A stretch of 64,000 bases of DNA from Candidatus Marinacidobacterales bacterium (GTDB lineage Bacteria > Acidobacteriota > Vicinamibacteria > Marinacidobacterales > SMYC01): positions 1,056,001-1,120,000 of the forward strand of contig CBDCYI010000011.1 of the NCBI GenBank assembly GCA_965224085.1, written 5' to 3'. A model generated the notes under the pieces. It had not been told where the DNA came from, made no database searches, and saw nothing but the letters and a program-made list of their open reading frames with translations. Each line of letters begins with the position of its first letter. The stretch's first letter is position 1. Made by a program: the position numbers and the translations under genes. Of the stretch, positions 29,201 through 40,125 are shown in pieces.

Positions 29201-30014
29201 CTCGCGTCGATGGGAAGCGGTCGCTTGGTGATTTCGCGAGCAAGCGCATAACCATCGCGGCGAGCTCGTCTGGCACGCTGCGGTGGCGCGGCAGAGGGTC
29301 GGGCTCCGTTTCCATGATCGCGACGACGGTCTGCACCGCGGAAGGCCTGTCGAAAGGACGCTTCAAAGCGAGCATCTCGTAGAGAATGGTGCCGAACGAG
29401 AACTGGTCGGAGCGTTCGTCGACCGTCTTGTCGGAGAGCTGTTCCGGCGACATATAGGCGACGGTGCCGAAAATAACGCCGGTTTGGGTGAGCTGGCGCT
29501 CCATCGTCGTCTCCTCCGCACCCGGGTCGTGGCCGGTGAAAAACTTCGCGAGGCCGAAATCTAGAATCTTGATGAGTCCATCTGGAGTGAGCATCATGTT
29601 CTCGGGTTTGAGATCCCGGTGCATGATGCCGGCCTCGTGCGCCTTCGCGAGACCGTCGGCGATTTGGCTGGCGAGCTCTAAAAACTCGTCGAGTGGGAGC
29701 GTACGTTCTCTCAGAATCTCACGCAGTGTGGAGCCCTTGACATATTCCATGACGAGAAAGTGGGTCTCGTTCTCGACGCCGATCTCATAGATGGTGATGA
29801 TGTTCGGATGATTCAACGCGGAGGCCGCGCGCGCTTCGCGCCGAAAGCACTCGACGCGTGTGGGGTCTTGAAACAGCTCGTCCTTGAGCACCTTGATCGC
29901 GACCGAGCGGCCAAGCTCGAGATCCTTCGCTCGGTAGACCGCTCCCACGCCTCCCGTACCCAACAGGGACAGGATCTCGAACGACCCGATGCGCGAATGC
30001 GGGGCAAGTTCCAT
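26246..30014 (-). pseudogene. Ser/Thr kinase - AAA ATPase - TPR multidomain protein split by three frameshifts
   Basis: Hanks kinase (LGTGGVG, VAIK, HRDLKPEN, DFG), Walker A GEPGSGKTT, Walker B FEDLHWAD, GHPLF, YRFRH and TPRs across four adjacent ORFs. Confidence 0.88.
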
Positions 30015-30083
30015 AGTCGAGTGAAGAACTCGATGGTAAATCGCTTCTTGTTTCGTGTCAACAACGCGCGATGGCGACGAGGC

Positions 30084-31550
30084 TCAAGCTTCGACGAACT
30101 TTCGCACGTGCTCGCCGTCCATGGGCGCCGTCCGCTTCGAGACGACGACGAGAACGAGGATATGCACGCCGATGCCCCAGATCCCGGGATGGAGTTGCTG
30201 CCACTGAAGCGAGGGTACGAGGTTCCACACGATCACGACCGCGCAGCCCGCGAGGAGCCCGGCGATGACGCCCGCCGGCGTCGACCGCTTCCAGTAGAAG
30301 AGGGCGATGAGGGTCGGAAAGATCTGGGCGATGAACCCGTAGGACAAAAGGAGCAAGTAGACGAGTGAATATTCCGATATAGCGGCGAAGAAATAGGCGA
30401 TGGCGCCGATCACGATGACGGAGAAGCGGATGAGGCGTGTCTCCTGGTGGCCGTCGAGCTTTTCAACGCGCGTCACGCCGTAGAAATCTTTGATGATCAC
30501 GGAGGCCGCGGCGTGCACGATGGCGTCTCCCGAGGACATCGATGCTGCGAGGGCACCCGCGCAGAACAGCCCAACCGCGAGCGGAGGGATGTCCATCGAA
30601 GTCACGATGTGCGGGAGGATTGTGTCGACCGGAGTAACGTCCGGAAAGGCGGTGATGCCGGCAAAGCCGATGAACATGATCGGCACGAGAAAGATCTGAA
30701 ACGTCGGGTAGAAGACGATCATGCGCTTCAACGTCGCGATGTTGCGTGCGGTGTAGATCTTCATGAAGTAATGCGGCCAAACGCTGAATCCGAGAACAGA
30801 GATGACGATGGAGCTCGAATAGCCGGCCCAGGTCCACGGATTGCCGGCCGCGTCGAGGCCGGGCGCACGCAACAGCTCAGGTGCGACGCGGGCGAGCTCC
30901 TCGAACATCGGGCCGACGCCGCCGTGAAGCTTGTACGGGAGATAAAGGCCGAGCACCCACGCGAGCCCCATCATCAAGATTCCTTGGAAGGTGTTTGTCC
31001 ACGCGACCCCCATGACGCCGCTGTTGAAAACGTAGATGAGCACCACACCATAGGCGATGGCCGCGCCGCCCCATTCCGGGATGCGCCCTTCGGTCACGAT
31101 CGAGAAGACGTAGCCCGCGCCTTTCATCTGGATCACGAGATAGGGCACGAACGCCACGAGGCTGATGGTTGCGAGGATGCAGGAGATGAACCGGCTCTCG
31201 TAGCGGTGCGCAAAGAGCTCTGCTTGGGTGACGTAACCGAACTTGCGCCCTAGGCGCGCGATGCGGGGGCCGAGGAAATACCAGGGGAGAAGACCCACGG
31301 TCCCGTAGGAGATGATGTAAAACGCTGCGGCGCCGCGCGAATAGGCCCAGCCCGGACCGCCGAGAAACGCGAAAGCGCTGTAGATCGACGCGCCGAGAAT
31401 GAAGTAGAGCACGAGAAAACCGAGATTGCGGTCTCCCGCGACATAGCCTTCGGTGCTCGCAGAGGCTTTCCGGCCGGAGAAGAGCCCGACGGCGAGCGAC
31501 AGGATCAGATACCCGATCGTGACGAGAAAGACGATGAGCCAGCTCTCCAT
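30084..31550 (-). CDS. Sodium:solute symporter family protein
   Basis: YSAFAFLGGPGWAY, GALAASMSS; roughly 13 hydrophobic segments. Confidence 0.92.
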   Translation of the reverse strand: MESWLIVFLVTIGYLILSLAVGLFSGRKASASTEGYVAGDRNLGFLVLYFILGASIYSAFAFLGGPGWAYSRGAAAFYIISYGTVGLLPWYFLGPRIARLGRKFGYVTQAELFAHRYESRFISCILATISLVAFVPYLVIQMKGAGYVFSIVTEGRIPEWGGAAIAYGVVLIYVFNSGVMGVAWTNTFQGILMMGLAWVLGLYLPYKLHGGVGPMFEELARVAPELLRAPGLDAAGNPWTWAGYSSSIVISVLGFSVWPHYFMKIYTARNIATLKRMIVFYPTFQIFLVPIMFIGFAGITAFPDVTPVDTILPHIVTSMDIPPLAVGLFCAGALAASMSSGDAIVHAAASVIIKDFYGVTRVEKLDGHQETRLIRFSVIVIGAIAYFFAAISEYSLVYLLLLSYGFIAQIFPTLIALFYWKRSTPAGVIAGLLAGCAVVIVWNLVPSLQWQQLHPGIWGIGVHILVLVVVSKRTAPMDGEHVRKFVEA

Positions 31551-31780
31551 CAGTCGAGCCGGTCGTTCTTCCCTTCCCATAGGAAGAGCGTGAGCATCAC
31601 GAGGAACACTGTGACGATGATCGTCACGATATAGAACAAGGACAGCGGCATGCCCAGAATCATCGGACGGATGCCGCCGAACAAGGGATAAATCGGCCAG
31701 ATCAGCGCGAGGAGTGCAAAGACGCTGAAGCCCATCGCATAGCGCCCCGGACGCGAGACCTCTGGCCTTTCAGAGCTCAT
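31550..31780 (-). CDS. Small two-TM SSS partner protein (DUF3311/DUF485-like)
   Basis: PMILGMPLSLFY; TGATG overlap with the symporter. Confidence 0.75.
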   Translation of the reverse strand: MSSERPEVSRPGRYAMGFSVFALLALIWPIYPLFGGIRPMILGMPLSLFYIVTIIVTVFLVMLTLFLWEGKNDRLD

Positions 31781-31889
31781 GGCGGCGTCCATCCTACTCC
31801 AAAGCGATCGACTTTGCCGTCAATATCCGGCGGCCTGTGCTACGATTGGCATTCCCGCGTTTCGTTTTGTAGCGACTCGATCGCGAATC

Positions 31890-33819
31890 GTGCCGTTCTC
31901 ACGTCAGTTTACAAAGACCGCCGCAGGACTCTCGGTCTGTGTCCTTCTCCTAGCCAAACTGGCTTTGGCTGCCCATCTCGATCTTATCGGGGACGAAGCG
32001 TTCTACTGGCAGGCGTCTCAGAGGCTGGCTCTTGCCTATAGTGACGAGCCCTTCGTGACCGCCCTCATGGTGGGCCTCGGCACGTCGGTCGTGGGGAAGA
32101 GCGTGCTCGGGGTCCGGCTGTTCTTTCTCCTTCTGGGATGTGCCTTGCCCCTCGCGATTTATGCACTGGCAAACCCGCTGGTCGGGCGCGATGACGCCAT
32201 CCTGGCGGCGCTGACCTCCCTGACGATGCCGTTCGGCGCAGTACTTGGTGTCTTCGCCGTTCCCGACGTTGCTTTGGCGCTTCTGACGGTTCTCGGCCTG
32301 ACCGCCTTCGAGAGGGCGACACGCACGGGAAGGAACACCTGCTGGATGGCGTTTGGCGTCGTAACGGCGCTGGGCCTATCCACGCACTACCGCTTCATAC
32401 TCTTCGTTGCGGCCGTCGCCGCTTATCTCTTGCTCACCTCGAAGGGACGATCTCTCTGGCGCATCTCCGGTCTCTGGTTGGCAGCCTCGACCGCTCTCTT
32501 GGGCCTTCTTCCAGCGGCGCTCTTCAACTGGACTCATGACTTCGTGAGCGTGCGTTTTCATTTTGTGGAGAGACACCCCTGGCGTTTCGACCCATCGGGG
32601 CTGCTTCATCCGATTGAACAGGCCGCCGTCGTAACGCCTTTTCTCTACGCGGCGTTGCTACTGACGCTCTTTCAGACGATCCGACACAGCCGAGATGATG
32701 ACCGCGAGGCCATGATCGCGCTATTTTCCGGAATCCCGATCGTCGCCTTCTGGCTCATCGACCCGTGGGCGGTCCTGGAGGGGTTCACCGTACACTGGCC
32801 GCTCCCTGGCTACTTGCCGCTCTTCGTCTTCTTGCCTTCGACGCTGCGGCGATTTCGCGATACGGCCCGGACGAGGCTCGGCGCGAGCCTCCCGAGCGCG
32901 AGCGTTGCGTTGGGCGCCTGTGGAGTCGTGCTCCTCTTCGCTTTCCTCGGGGCCGCACTCGTTCCCGCGCGATTCAGCTCGAATGCGGTCGTTCCCGACG
33001 TTCGCCAGGCGCTCTCCGGGTGGAGTGAGCTCGGAGCGCGAACCAGGGCGCTTCTGGCGGAGTCCGACTCGACGCGAGTCCTCGTCGCGAACGACTACGT
33101 GGTGGGTGCCGAGCTCGATTTTGGAGTCGACTCCATCCGCGGTGTTTACGTCCTGGACGCATCGCGGGCGGCCCGGCATGGCCGATCGCCTCAGACCAGC
33201 CTTTGGGGGCTGGATGAGGCCGGTCTGTACTCTCACGCGGGGGGAGGATGCGTTGGTCGTCGTCGAGGAAACGGTTTATAACGTTCCCGCACAAGAAGCG
33301 ATCGTCGCACGTCTATGCGCTGCGTACGATCGGCTGGAAAGGTTGTCCCGGCTCGATCTATATGACGGAACGCGACGGTTCGTCTTTTACGCGGCGGAGG
33401 GCCAACGCCCCGAGGCGCGTTCTCGAGTGCAGCGCTCGGCGCGCGCTCGGCGTCTCCAGTCCTTCACTCCCTGCCCGGTGGCGGTCGCCAACCTCGATCA
33501 TCCGAGCGCAGATCTTGAGGTGCACGAGACCTTGAGGGTTTTCGGATGGGCTTTTGCGGACGGAGTCGGCATCGAATCCGTTGAGATCTTGATTGACGGC
33601 TACCCGGCTCGCGGCGGTAGATACGGCGTCCCGCGTCCTGGCGTTATCGAGCATTTTCCGCACTCGACGGATCCCAATCATCCAAACGTGGGCTTCGAGA
33701 GCCGCGTGGACACGGCCAGACTAGAACCGGGATGGCATGCTCTCGCCGTACAGATCACCTCCCGTGACGGGATCCGCGAGATCGTTCAGACGCGACGTTT
33801 TCGGGTGGCTCGACCTTGA
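31890..33819 (+). pseudogene. GT39/ArnT-like membrane glycosyltransferase with C-terminal Ig-like domain, frameshifted in a G-run near 33240
   Basis: DEAFYWQ...LAYSDEP, LGVRL, PD motif; the C-terminal domain FGWAFADGVGIESVEILIDG is in another frame. Start codon approximate. Confidence 0.75.
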
Positions 33820-33820
33820 T

Positions 33821-33847
33821 GAGAGCCGAGAGCCGAGAGCCGAGAGC
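33821..33847. repeat. Heptamer tandem repeat, about four copies of GAGAGCC
   Basis: gagagccgagagccgagagccgagagc between convergent genes. Confidence 0.8.
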
Positions 33848-33917
33848 AGGCGCATTCACGAACATCCCTCCCGATACAACGAGCATGGCACGACCTCCAA
33901 GAGGATCGCCGCCGATT

Positions 33918-34694
33918 CTACTTCGGAACGAGCTCGATCTCGAAGAGCTTCGGCCAGAGCTTGCCCGTCACGAAGAGGCGCTCTTTTTCTTCGTCATAAG
34001 CGATGCCGTTCAAAACGTCGACATTCGCGCGCCGATCGGCAAGCGGCAGGATGCCGGTGAGGTCGATCCAAGAAAGGACCTTTCCCGTCTCCGGCGAGAT
34101 ACGCGCGATGCGGTCTTGCATCCATACGTTGGCGTAGATTTCCCCGTCGATGTACTCGAGCTCATTGAGATTGTCGATCCGCCTCCCGCCGTCGCGCACT
34201 GTCAGCTTGTTCGTTTCCTCGAGGGTCTCGGGATCCCAGAAGTAAAGATGCTCCGAGCCGTCGCTGACGATCAGGCGCTCGCCATCATGCGTCATCCCCC
34301 AGCCTTCGATGCCGTAGCGAAACTCACGAACGAGCTCCATCGACTCGCGGTCGTAGACGAAGCCGACACCCGACGTCCACGTGAGCTGATAGATCCGGTC
34401 GTGCAGCACCGCGAGACCTTCCGCGAAGAACAGCGGCAGGAGTGCTTTTCGCTCGAGAACACGGCCCGATTCGAGCTCGACCCGGCGGACGCTCGAGCGC
34501 CCACGAAGCCCGGTGCTCTCGTAAAGCACCCCGTCGCGGTATGCGAGCCCCTGCGTGAAAGCGTTGTGATCGTGCGGGTAGGTGTTGATGATTTTGTAGG
34601 AGTAAACGGGTGCACTGGTTGGGGATGGGCTTGAGGCGCCGAAACCAAGGGGTGCCATCGCGAGTATGCCGAAGAGGATCATGCGATTGAGCAT
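33918..34694 (-). CDS. Glutaminyl-peptide cyclotransferase (bacterial type I)
   Basis: FTQGL, ESTG, FAEG, EGWG, SDGS, LNELE, VLNGIA, TGKLWP. Confidence 0.95.
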   Translation of the reverse strand: MLNRMILFGILAMAPLGFGASSPSPTSAPVYSYKIINTYPHDHNAFTQGLAYRDGVLYESTGLRGRSSVRRVELESGRVLERKALLPLFFAEGLAVLHDRIYQLTWTSGVGFVYDRESMELVREFRYGIEGWGMTHDGERLIVSDGSEHLYFWDPETLEETNKLTVRDGGRRIDNLNELEYIDGEIYANVWMQDRIARISPETGKVLSWIDLTGILPLADRRANVDVLNGIAYDEEKERLFVTGKLWPKLFEIELVPK

Positions 34695-34860
34695 GTCTGG
34701 CTATCCCCATTTTAGCGCAGATGCCGACGTTTGCGAGGCATCGGTTTTGTCTCTTCGCTGCACCGATTCGGGATCGACGAGCTCCATCTCGTAGCATTGG
34801 GCGACAACGCGTTCTGGGCGAAGATACCATTAACCGGCGAGGTCTGGCAGAATCCCCCTC

Positions 34861-36168
34861 ATGACATTGGAGCAATTGTTTCAGGACCATGTGGCTCTGC
34901 GGCAGGAAAAGCTCGCTGACGCCCTGCAGTCGGCGGCTTTCGACGGGCTCGTGTTTTCGAGCGGCGAGCCGTTTACCTATTTCGCCGACGATCGCGAGGC
35001 GCCTTTCTACACTTCCGGACAATTCGGGCATTGGTGCCCGCTCAAAGGTCCGCATCACCTCCTCGAGCTCCGGCCGGGCACGAAGCCCAAGCTCATCCGC
35101 CACGCACCTGAGGACTATTGGTACGAGCCCATCGGCCTCGGCGAGCCTTTTTGGCTTTCCGAGTTCGACCTCGTCGAAGTCGGCGCGGTGGACGCGGTCT
35201 GGGAAACGCTCGGCCGGCCTGCGAAAGCGGCCTATATCGGGAGTGAGACCGCGCGCGCCGAAAGCGCGGGACTAACTGTCCGGCCCGAGCCGCTCGTCGC
35301 CCGGCTCGACTGGGATCGCGCTTACAAGACGGATTACGAGCTTCGTCGTCTCGACGAGGCGAGCGAGCTCGGTGCCAGAGGGCACGAGGCGGCGAAAGCC
35401 GCCTTCGAGACGGGCGCCTCGGAGCTCGAGATTCACTACGCTTTCGTCGAAGCCGTGGGCGTAGCGGAGGAAGAACTGCCTTACACGACCATCGTGGCGT
35501 TGAACGAGAAGTCCGCGTTTCTTCACTACCACGCGAAACGAGGCGCACGGGACGGCAACGTGCTGCTCATCGACGCGGGAGCTGCACGCTGCGGCTACGC
35601 CTCCGATATCACCCGGACGCATGTGCGCGCCGGGTGTGACCCGCGATTCGCGGCGATTCGCGACGGAATGGACACGCTACAAAAAGAACTTTGTGACGCC
35701 GTCAAACCAGGTCTCCCTTATGGCGATCTTCACCACGAGGCACATCTGAAGATAGCGGCACTGTTGAAAGCTTCGGAGATTCTCGACGTCGAGCCCGACG
35801 AAGCGGTCGCCCGGGGTCTCAGTCGGCCGTTCTTTCCGCACGGGCTCGGTCATCACCTTGGCCTTCAGGTGCACGACGTCGGCGGACATCTCGCGGACGC
35901 GAGCGGTCGGACGGCCCCGCCGCCCGAAGAACACCCTTACCTGCGCAACACCCGGACTATCGAGGCCCGTCATGTGTTCACCATCGAGCCTGGCCTCTAT
36001 TTCATCGAGATGTTGCTCCGTGCGTTCCGTGAGGGCGAGGCGTCGAGCCATTTCAACTGGAGCCTCATCGACGAGCTCGCGCCTTTCGGCGGTGTGCGTG
36101 TCGAAGACAACGTCGTCGTGACGGAAGATGGCCACCGGAACCTCACGCGAGCTTTTCTGGCGAGCTAG
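34861..36168 (+). CDS. pepQ: Xaa-Pro dipeptidase
   Basis: LIDAGA, YASDITRT, PHGLGHHLGLQVHD, TIEPGLYF, GGVRVED. Confidence 0.92.
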   Translation: MTLEQLFQDHVALRQEKLADALQSAAFDGLVFSSGEPFTYFADDREAPFYTSGQFGHWCPLKGPHHLLELRPGTKPKLIRHAPEDYWYEPIGLGEPFWLSEFDLVEVGAVDAVWETLGRPAKAAYIGSETARAESAGLTVRPEPLVARLDWDRAYKTDYELRRLDEASELGARGHEAAKAAFETGASELEIHYAFVEAVGVAEEELPYTTIVALNEKSAFLHYHAKRGARDGNVLLIDAGAARCGYASDITRTHVRAGCDPRFAAIRDGMDTLQKELCDAVKPGLPYGDLHHEAHLKIAALLKASEILDVEPDEAVARGLSRPFFPHGLGHHLGLQVHDVGGHLADASGRTAPPPEEHPYLRNTRTIEARHVFTIEPGLYFIEMLLRAFREGEASSHFNWSLIDELAPFGGVRVEDNVVVTEDGHRNLTRAFLAS

Positions 36169-36170
36169 TC

Positions 36171-38024
36171 ATGTCCTCCGGCGGTCGCGATGATCACATC
36201 CATGCCGCGAACGAGCGCGCGTGGGATATAGCACTTCGCGAGACGGAGGAAGCGCGGAAGATTGCGAACGAAGCACTCGAGGCTTCGCGAAAGCTCGCCA
36301 ATATTAGAGGCGAGGCGTTAGCACTGCGCACGCTCGGCTATTGCGAGCTTTTGACCGCTGGGTACGAGGATGCGCTTCGGTATTCGCGAGAGGGCGCCGA
36401 GAAGCTTCACGCGCTCGGCGACAAGGTCTCCGAGGCGACCGCGCTCAACACGCTCGGCGTGACCTACGGCCTCTTGGGCGATTTCTAAAAGTAGCTCGAA
36501 TATGGCTTCGAGGCGCTTAGGCTCAATCAAGAGGCAGGGGAGCGCCGCGGCGAAGCGTGGGCTTTTGTCGAGATCGGCAACGTGCATCTCAGTGTGGGCG
36601 ACCTGGCGCAAGCCCGTGAGAATTTCGAGAAGGGACTCACGATTTTCGAGGCGCTCGACTACGGACCGGGGATCGGTCGCGCGGAGAATTTTCTCGGGAC
36701 TGTTTGCGAACGTTCGCAAAACTCGGCAGATGCCCTCATACATTACGAGAGAAGTCTCGAGATCGGCCGCGAGAGTGCGCTCGCCATCTCGATCGCGGGC
36801 AGCAGCATGTGCATTGGACGGGTGCAACACGCACTAGGGAACGTCGATGCCGCGCGCCGCTATTTTCAGGAGGCCGTCGAAAACGCAAGTTCGGTGACGG
36901 TCGGAGATTTGAAACCCGATCTGATGCTCCATTTCGGCAAGCTCGAGCTCGAGGAAGGGCATCTCGACGAGGCGCGCGCTCATTTGGGCGAAGGGCTCCG
37001 CCTCATTGAAGGATCGACACTCCCGCACAAAGCCGGTCGCTTACACGAGGCGCTCTCGAGACTCGAGGAGAGCGAGGGCCATCTCGAAGCGGCGCTTTTT
37101 CATTACAAAGAGTTTCACCGAGCGCAGGAGGGGACGTTCGACGAGGAAGGCCGCGCCCGCTTGAAGAAACTCGAGATCCGCATGGGTGTCGAGAAGGCAG
37201 ACAACGCTGCGGAAATCGAGCGGCTCTGCTATGTAGAGCTTGCGGGAATGCAAGCTCAGCTCGTGCAGTCCGAGAAGATGGCGCTACTCGGCCGTCTCGT
37301 CGCCGGGCTGTCGCACGAGATCAATACGCCCATCGGCGTCATCAACTCGAACGCAGGCCTCGCGCAAAGAGCGGTCGAGCTCATGAAGCAGGAGGGGCTC
37401 GACGTCGAAGGGAGCGACCGGCTGCGCACCGCGTTCGAGACGCTCGAAAACGCGCACGAGATGACCGCGCGAGCCGGGGACCGCATCGCGGAGCTCGTGA
37501 AGAGCCTGAAAGGCTTCGCCCGCCTCGACGAAGCTGAGCTCCAGCGTGTGGACGTCTCACAATGCGTCGAGGAATCGCTGCAGATCTTCGCGACCCAGCT
37601 TCCTGAAGCGGTCGTTTTGGAAAAAGACGTCAAGCCTCTACCGGAAATGACGTGCCGGCCGGGACAACTCAATCAAGTCTTCATGACGGTGCTCGTGAAC
37701 GCGAGGGACGCGATCCAAAAAGAAGGTCGCATCGGTGTCGCGAGCTTCAGGGAAGGGGACCACGCTGTCATCACTATCTCCGATACTGGACGCGGGATCG
37801 CGCCCGCGCAAATGGCGAGACTGTTCGACATCGATTTCGAGCGAAAGGATGCTCACATGCGGCTGCGCATGGGTCTTTCGAACGCGAAGAGTATCGTCGA
37901 GCGGCACGGCGGTGAGATCCACGTCGACAGCACGCTCGGCGAAGGCACGACGCTCCGTATTCAACTGCCGCTCGAGACCCGTATGGTGCCGCATTTCGGC
38001 GGCGGCGTCCCCTGGTCGCGCTAA
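36171..38024 (+). pseudogene. TPR-repeat sensor histidine kinase with two in-frame stops
   Basis: Single frame interrupted by TAA AAG TAG at 36486-36494; H-box [25 protein letters not shown]. Confidence 0.85.
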
Positions 38025-38028
38025 GGGC

Positions 38029-38587
38029 TTACGAGCGTTCGAACAGCACTTGCCGTCCGCCACCGTCATCTCGACTTCGACGTCGAGAATCTTCTCGGGG
38101 TCGATCGACAGCAAGTCCTCCGACAACACGATTATGTCGGCGAGCATTCCAGGCGCGATCGTCCCGGTTGACGTCTTCTTCGCAAGTGAAGTGGGCGCCA
38201 TAGGCGGTGTAGCCCCGAATGGCTTCCTCCATCGTGAGCGTCTCCTCCGCTCCGTAGACTTCGCCGGACATGCCTTTGCGCGTGACCGCCGCGTAGATCC
38301 CGACCATGGGTCCGCTGGGTAAGATGTCACTTCCGAGTGCCATGAAGACGCCATGATCCATCGGCGAGCGCAGCGCGTTGTTGTGGGCGAGCCGCGCGCC
38401 TTCGAGGTTCGCGGCGCAGCGACCCTTGAGCGTGTAGGTGAAGTTCGGTTGTTGGGCGATGAATGCGGCGCGGCCGTCCGCGGACGTGGATATGGGTGTC
38501 GTTGAATCCGGGCATGAGCATCTTCCCGCCAAGGTCGACGACCCGCGTCGCATTATAGGTATTTACGAGCTCGTTGCCGCCGACAGC
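38029..38587 (-). pseudogene. Amidohydrolase_3 (YtcJ-like) remnant with a large internal deletion; 5' end displaced by inversion
   Basis: AVGGNELV...[17 protein letters not shown] is joined directly to QPNFTY...LGSD...YAAVTR...[14 protein letters not shown]. Confidence 0.8.
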
Positions 38588-38588
38588 T

Positions 38589-38699
38589 CTCGTAGCCGAA
38601 GACGGCTTCGTCGGCGGCCTACTCTTCGCCGGCGGGTCCGGCGTAACGATCGCGAACCGCATCTCGCACGTCGTGTCGCTTCTGAACCTCCGGCAATAG
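38589..38699 (+). pseudogene. Displaced C-terminal tail of the trypsin-like protease at 41226-41760
   Basis: LVAEDGFVGGLLFAGGSGVTIANRISHVVSLLNLRQ* is the kind of segment that follows GDSGS in Nal1-like S1 proteases. Confidence 0.75.
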
Positions 38700-38704
38700 C
38701 GCTA

Positions 38705-38815
38705 GCGCCCCGAACCGGCATGTGCTTGATGCCGCCATGAAGTTCGAGCGCAGCCGCGGAAGAAGCTGTTCGAGGGTAACCCGCATATCTAGCCGGGCGA
38801 GCCATGCGCCAAGAG
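38705..38815 (-). pseudogene. Cytochrome P450 C-terminal remnant
   Basis: LGAWLARLDMRVTLEQLLPRL-RSNF / GGIKHMPVR; the haem Cys region is lost. Confidence 0.6.
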
Positions 38816-39155
38816 GACGTGGGTGGATCGGGGCCGGGCTATCGCGGAGTGGCTCGCTGCACCAGGAATGGGATTTCGACAACGTAGCGGGCGAAGCGCC
38901 GGCAGGTCGACTTCGGCAGGTACCGAGAGCGACGCCAATGCAAACGATCCGCACCGACGAGCATTCGTACCGCGGCTTATCTTCATTAAACACAGCAGCT
39001 TACATGGAGCGATTTTGCTTCTTTTCTAGACCCTAGTACGTCCCGTAGAATCAGCCCATGCGTGTGCTGCGCGTTCTCCTCGCAACCGCCGGTGAAGTGG
39101 TCGACGGCCGGCTTCGTGGCCAGCGCGAGCACCTTGTCGCGCACGCGGAGAAGCC

Positions 39156-39728
39156 ATGAGTCATTTCTTCGCTTATCTCGCGCGCATGAAGTTCATCAAG
39201 CGCTGGGGCTTGATGCACAACACCTATGCCGAGAACGTTAAAGAGCACAGCTTGCGCGTCGCGCAAATCGCGCATGCGCTCGCGCTGATCCGCAACCGGC
39301 TCTATGGGGGTGCGGTAGATGCGAACCGCGTCACGGTCCTCGCGCTCTATCACGATGCAAGCGAAGTACTGACCGGAGACCTTCCGTCTCCCATCAAATA
39401 TTTCAACCCCGAGATCGAGAAAGCCTATAAGACGATCGAAGCTTCCGCGGCGGAGAAGCTCGTGGCGATGGTGCCGGAGGCGATCGCGGAGGACTACCGC
39501 AGCGTGTTGTTACCCGACGACAGCGACCACATCGCTATCGTCAAGGCGGCAGACAAGCTCTGCGCTTATCTCAAGTGCCTGGAAGAGACCGCGGCGGGCA
39601 ACAAAGAGTTCTCCCAAGCCGAGCACTCACTTCGCGAGACCGTCGACGGAATCGACTTGCCCGAAGTCACGTACTTCATGGAAACCTTCGTGCCGAGCTT
39701 CCGCTTGACGCTCGATGAGTTGGGTTGA
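39156..39728 (+). CDS. yfbR: 5'-deoxynucleotidase (HD domain)
   Basis: MSHFFAYLARMKFIKRWGLM, ENVKEHS, YHDASEVLTGDLPSPIKY, ADKLCAYLKC. Confidence 0.93.
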   Translation: MSHFFAYLARMKFIKRWGLMHNTYAENVKEHSLRVAQIAHALALIRNRLYGGAVDANRVTVLALYHDASEVLTGDLPSPIKYFNPEIEKAYKTIEASAAEKLVAMVPEAIAEDYRSVLLPDDSDHIAIVKAADKLCAYLKCLEETAAGNKEFSQAEHSLRETVDGIDLPEVTYFMETFVPSFRLTLDELG

Positions 39729-39738
39729 GGAGAGAAGG

Positions 39739-40125
39739 ATGAGCCCGCGCGGAGAGCTCTCGCTGCGCACGCTCGCGATGCCCCGCGACACCAACCCTAA
39801 CGGTGATATTTTCGGCGGCTGGGTGCTCTCCCAGATGGATATCGCCGCCGGCATGTCCGCGAGCCAGCGCGCCCGCGGCCGTGTCGCTACGGTAGCCGTC
39901 GACGCGATGACCTTCAAGCTCCCCGTCTACGTGGGCGACATCCTATGCGTCTATACCGACATCGATCGCATCGGCACATCCTCGATGGCGATCCATGTCG
40001 AGGCGTGGGTGCTGCGCGACCGGATGGGCGAGAGGCTGAAAGTCACTGAAGGCATATTCACCTTCGTAGCCATCGACGGGCAGCGCAAGCCGCGTCCGGT
40101 CAGCAAGACAGATCAGAGCGCCTGA
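39739..40125 (+). CDS. yciA: Acyl-CoA thioesterase (YciA-like hotdog fold)
   Basis: AMPRDTNPNGDIFGGWVLSQMD, VATVAV, FTFVAID. Confidence 0.88.
   Translation: MSPRGELSLRTLAMPRDTNPNGDIFGGWVLSQMDIAAGMSASQRARGRVATVAVDAMTFKLPVYVGDILCVYTDIDRIGTSSMAIHVEAWVLRDRMGERLKVTEGIFTFVAIDGQRKPRPVSKTDQSA

Noticed and set aside
33821-33847. CRISPR or functional repeat array
   Set aside because: Only a short heptamer run with no spacers; no cas genes or repeat-spacer arrays were seen in the window.
20144-36494. Stop-codon recoding or Sec/Pyl insertion to explain in-frame stops
   Set aside because: The internal stops are mixed TAA and TAG, often occur in genes with other lesions, and all three stops end intact genes.
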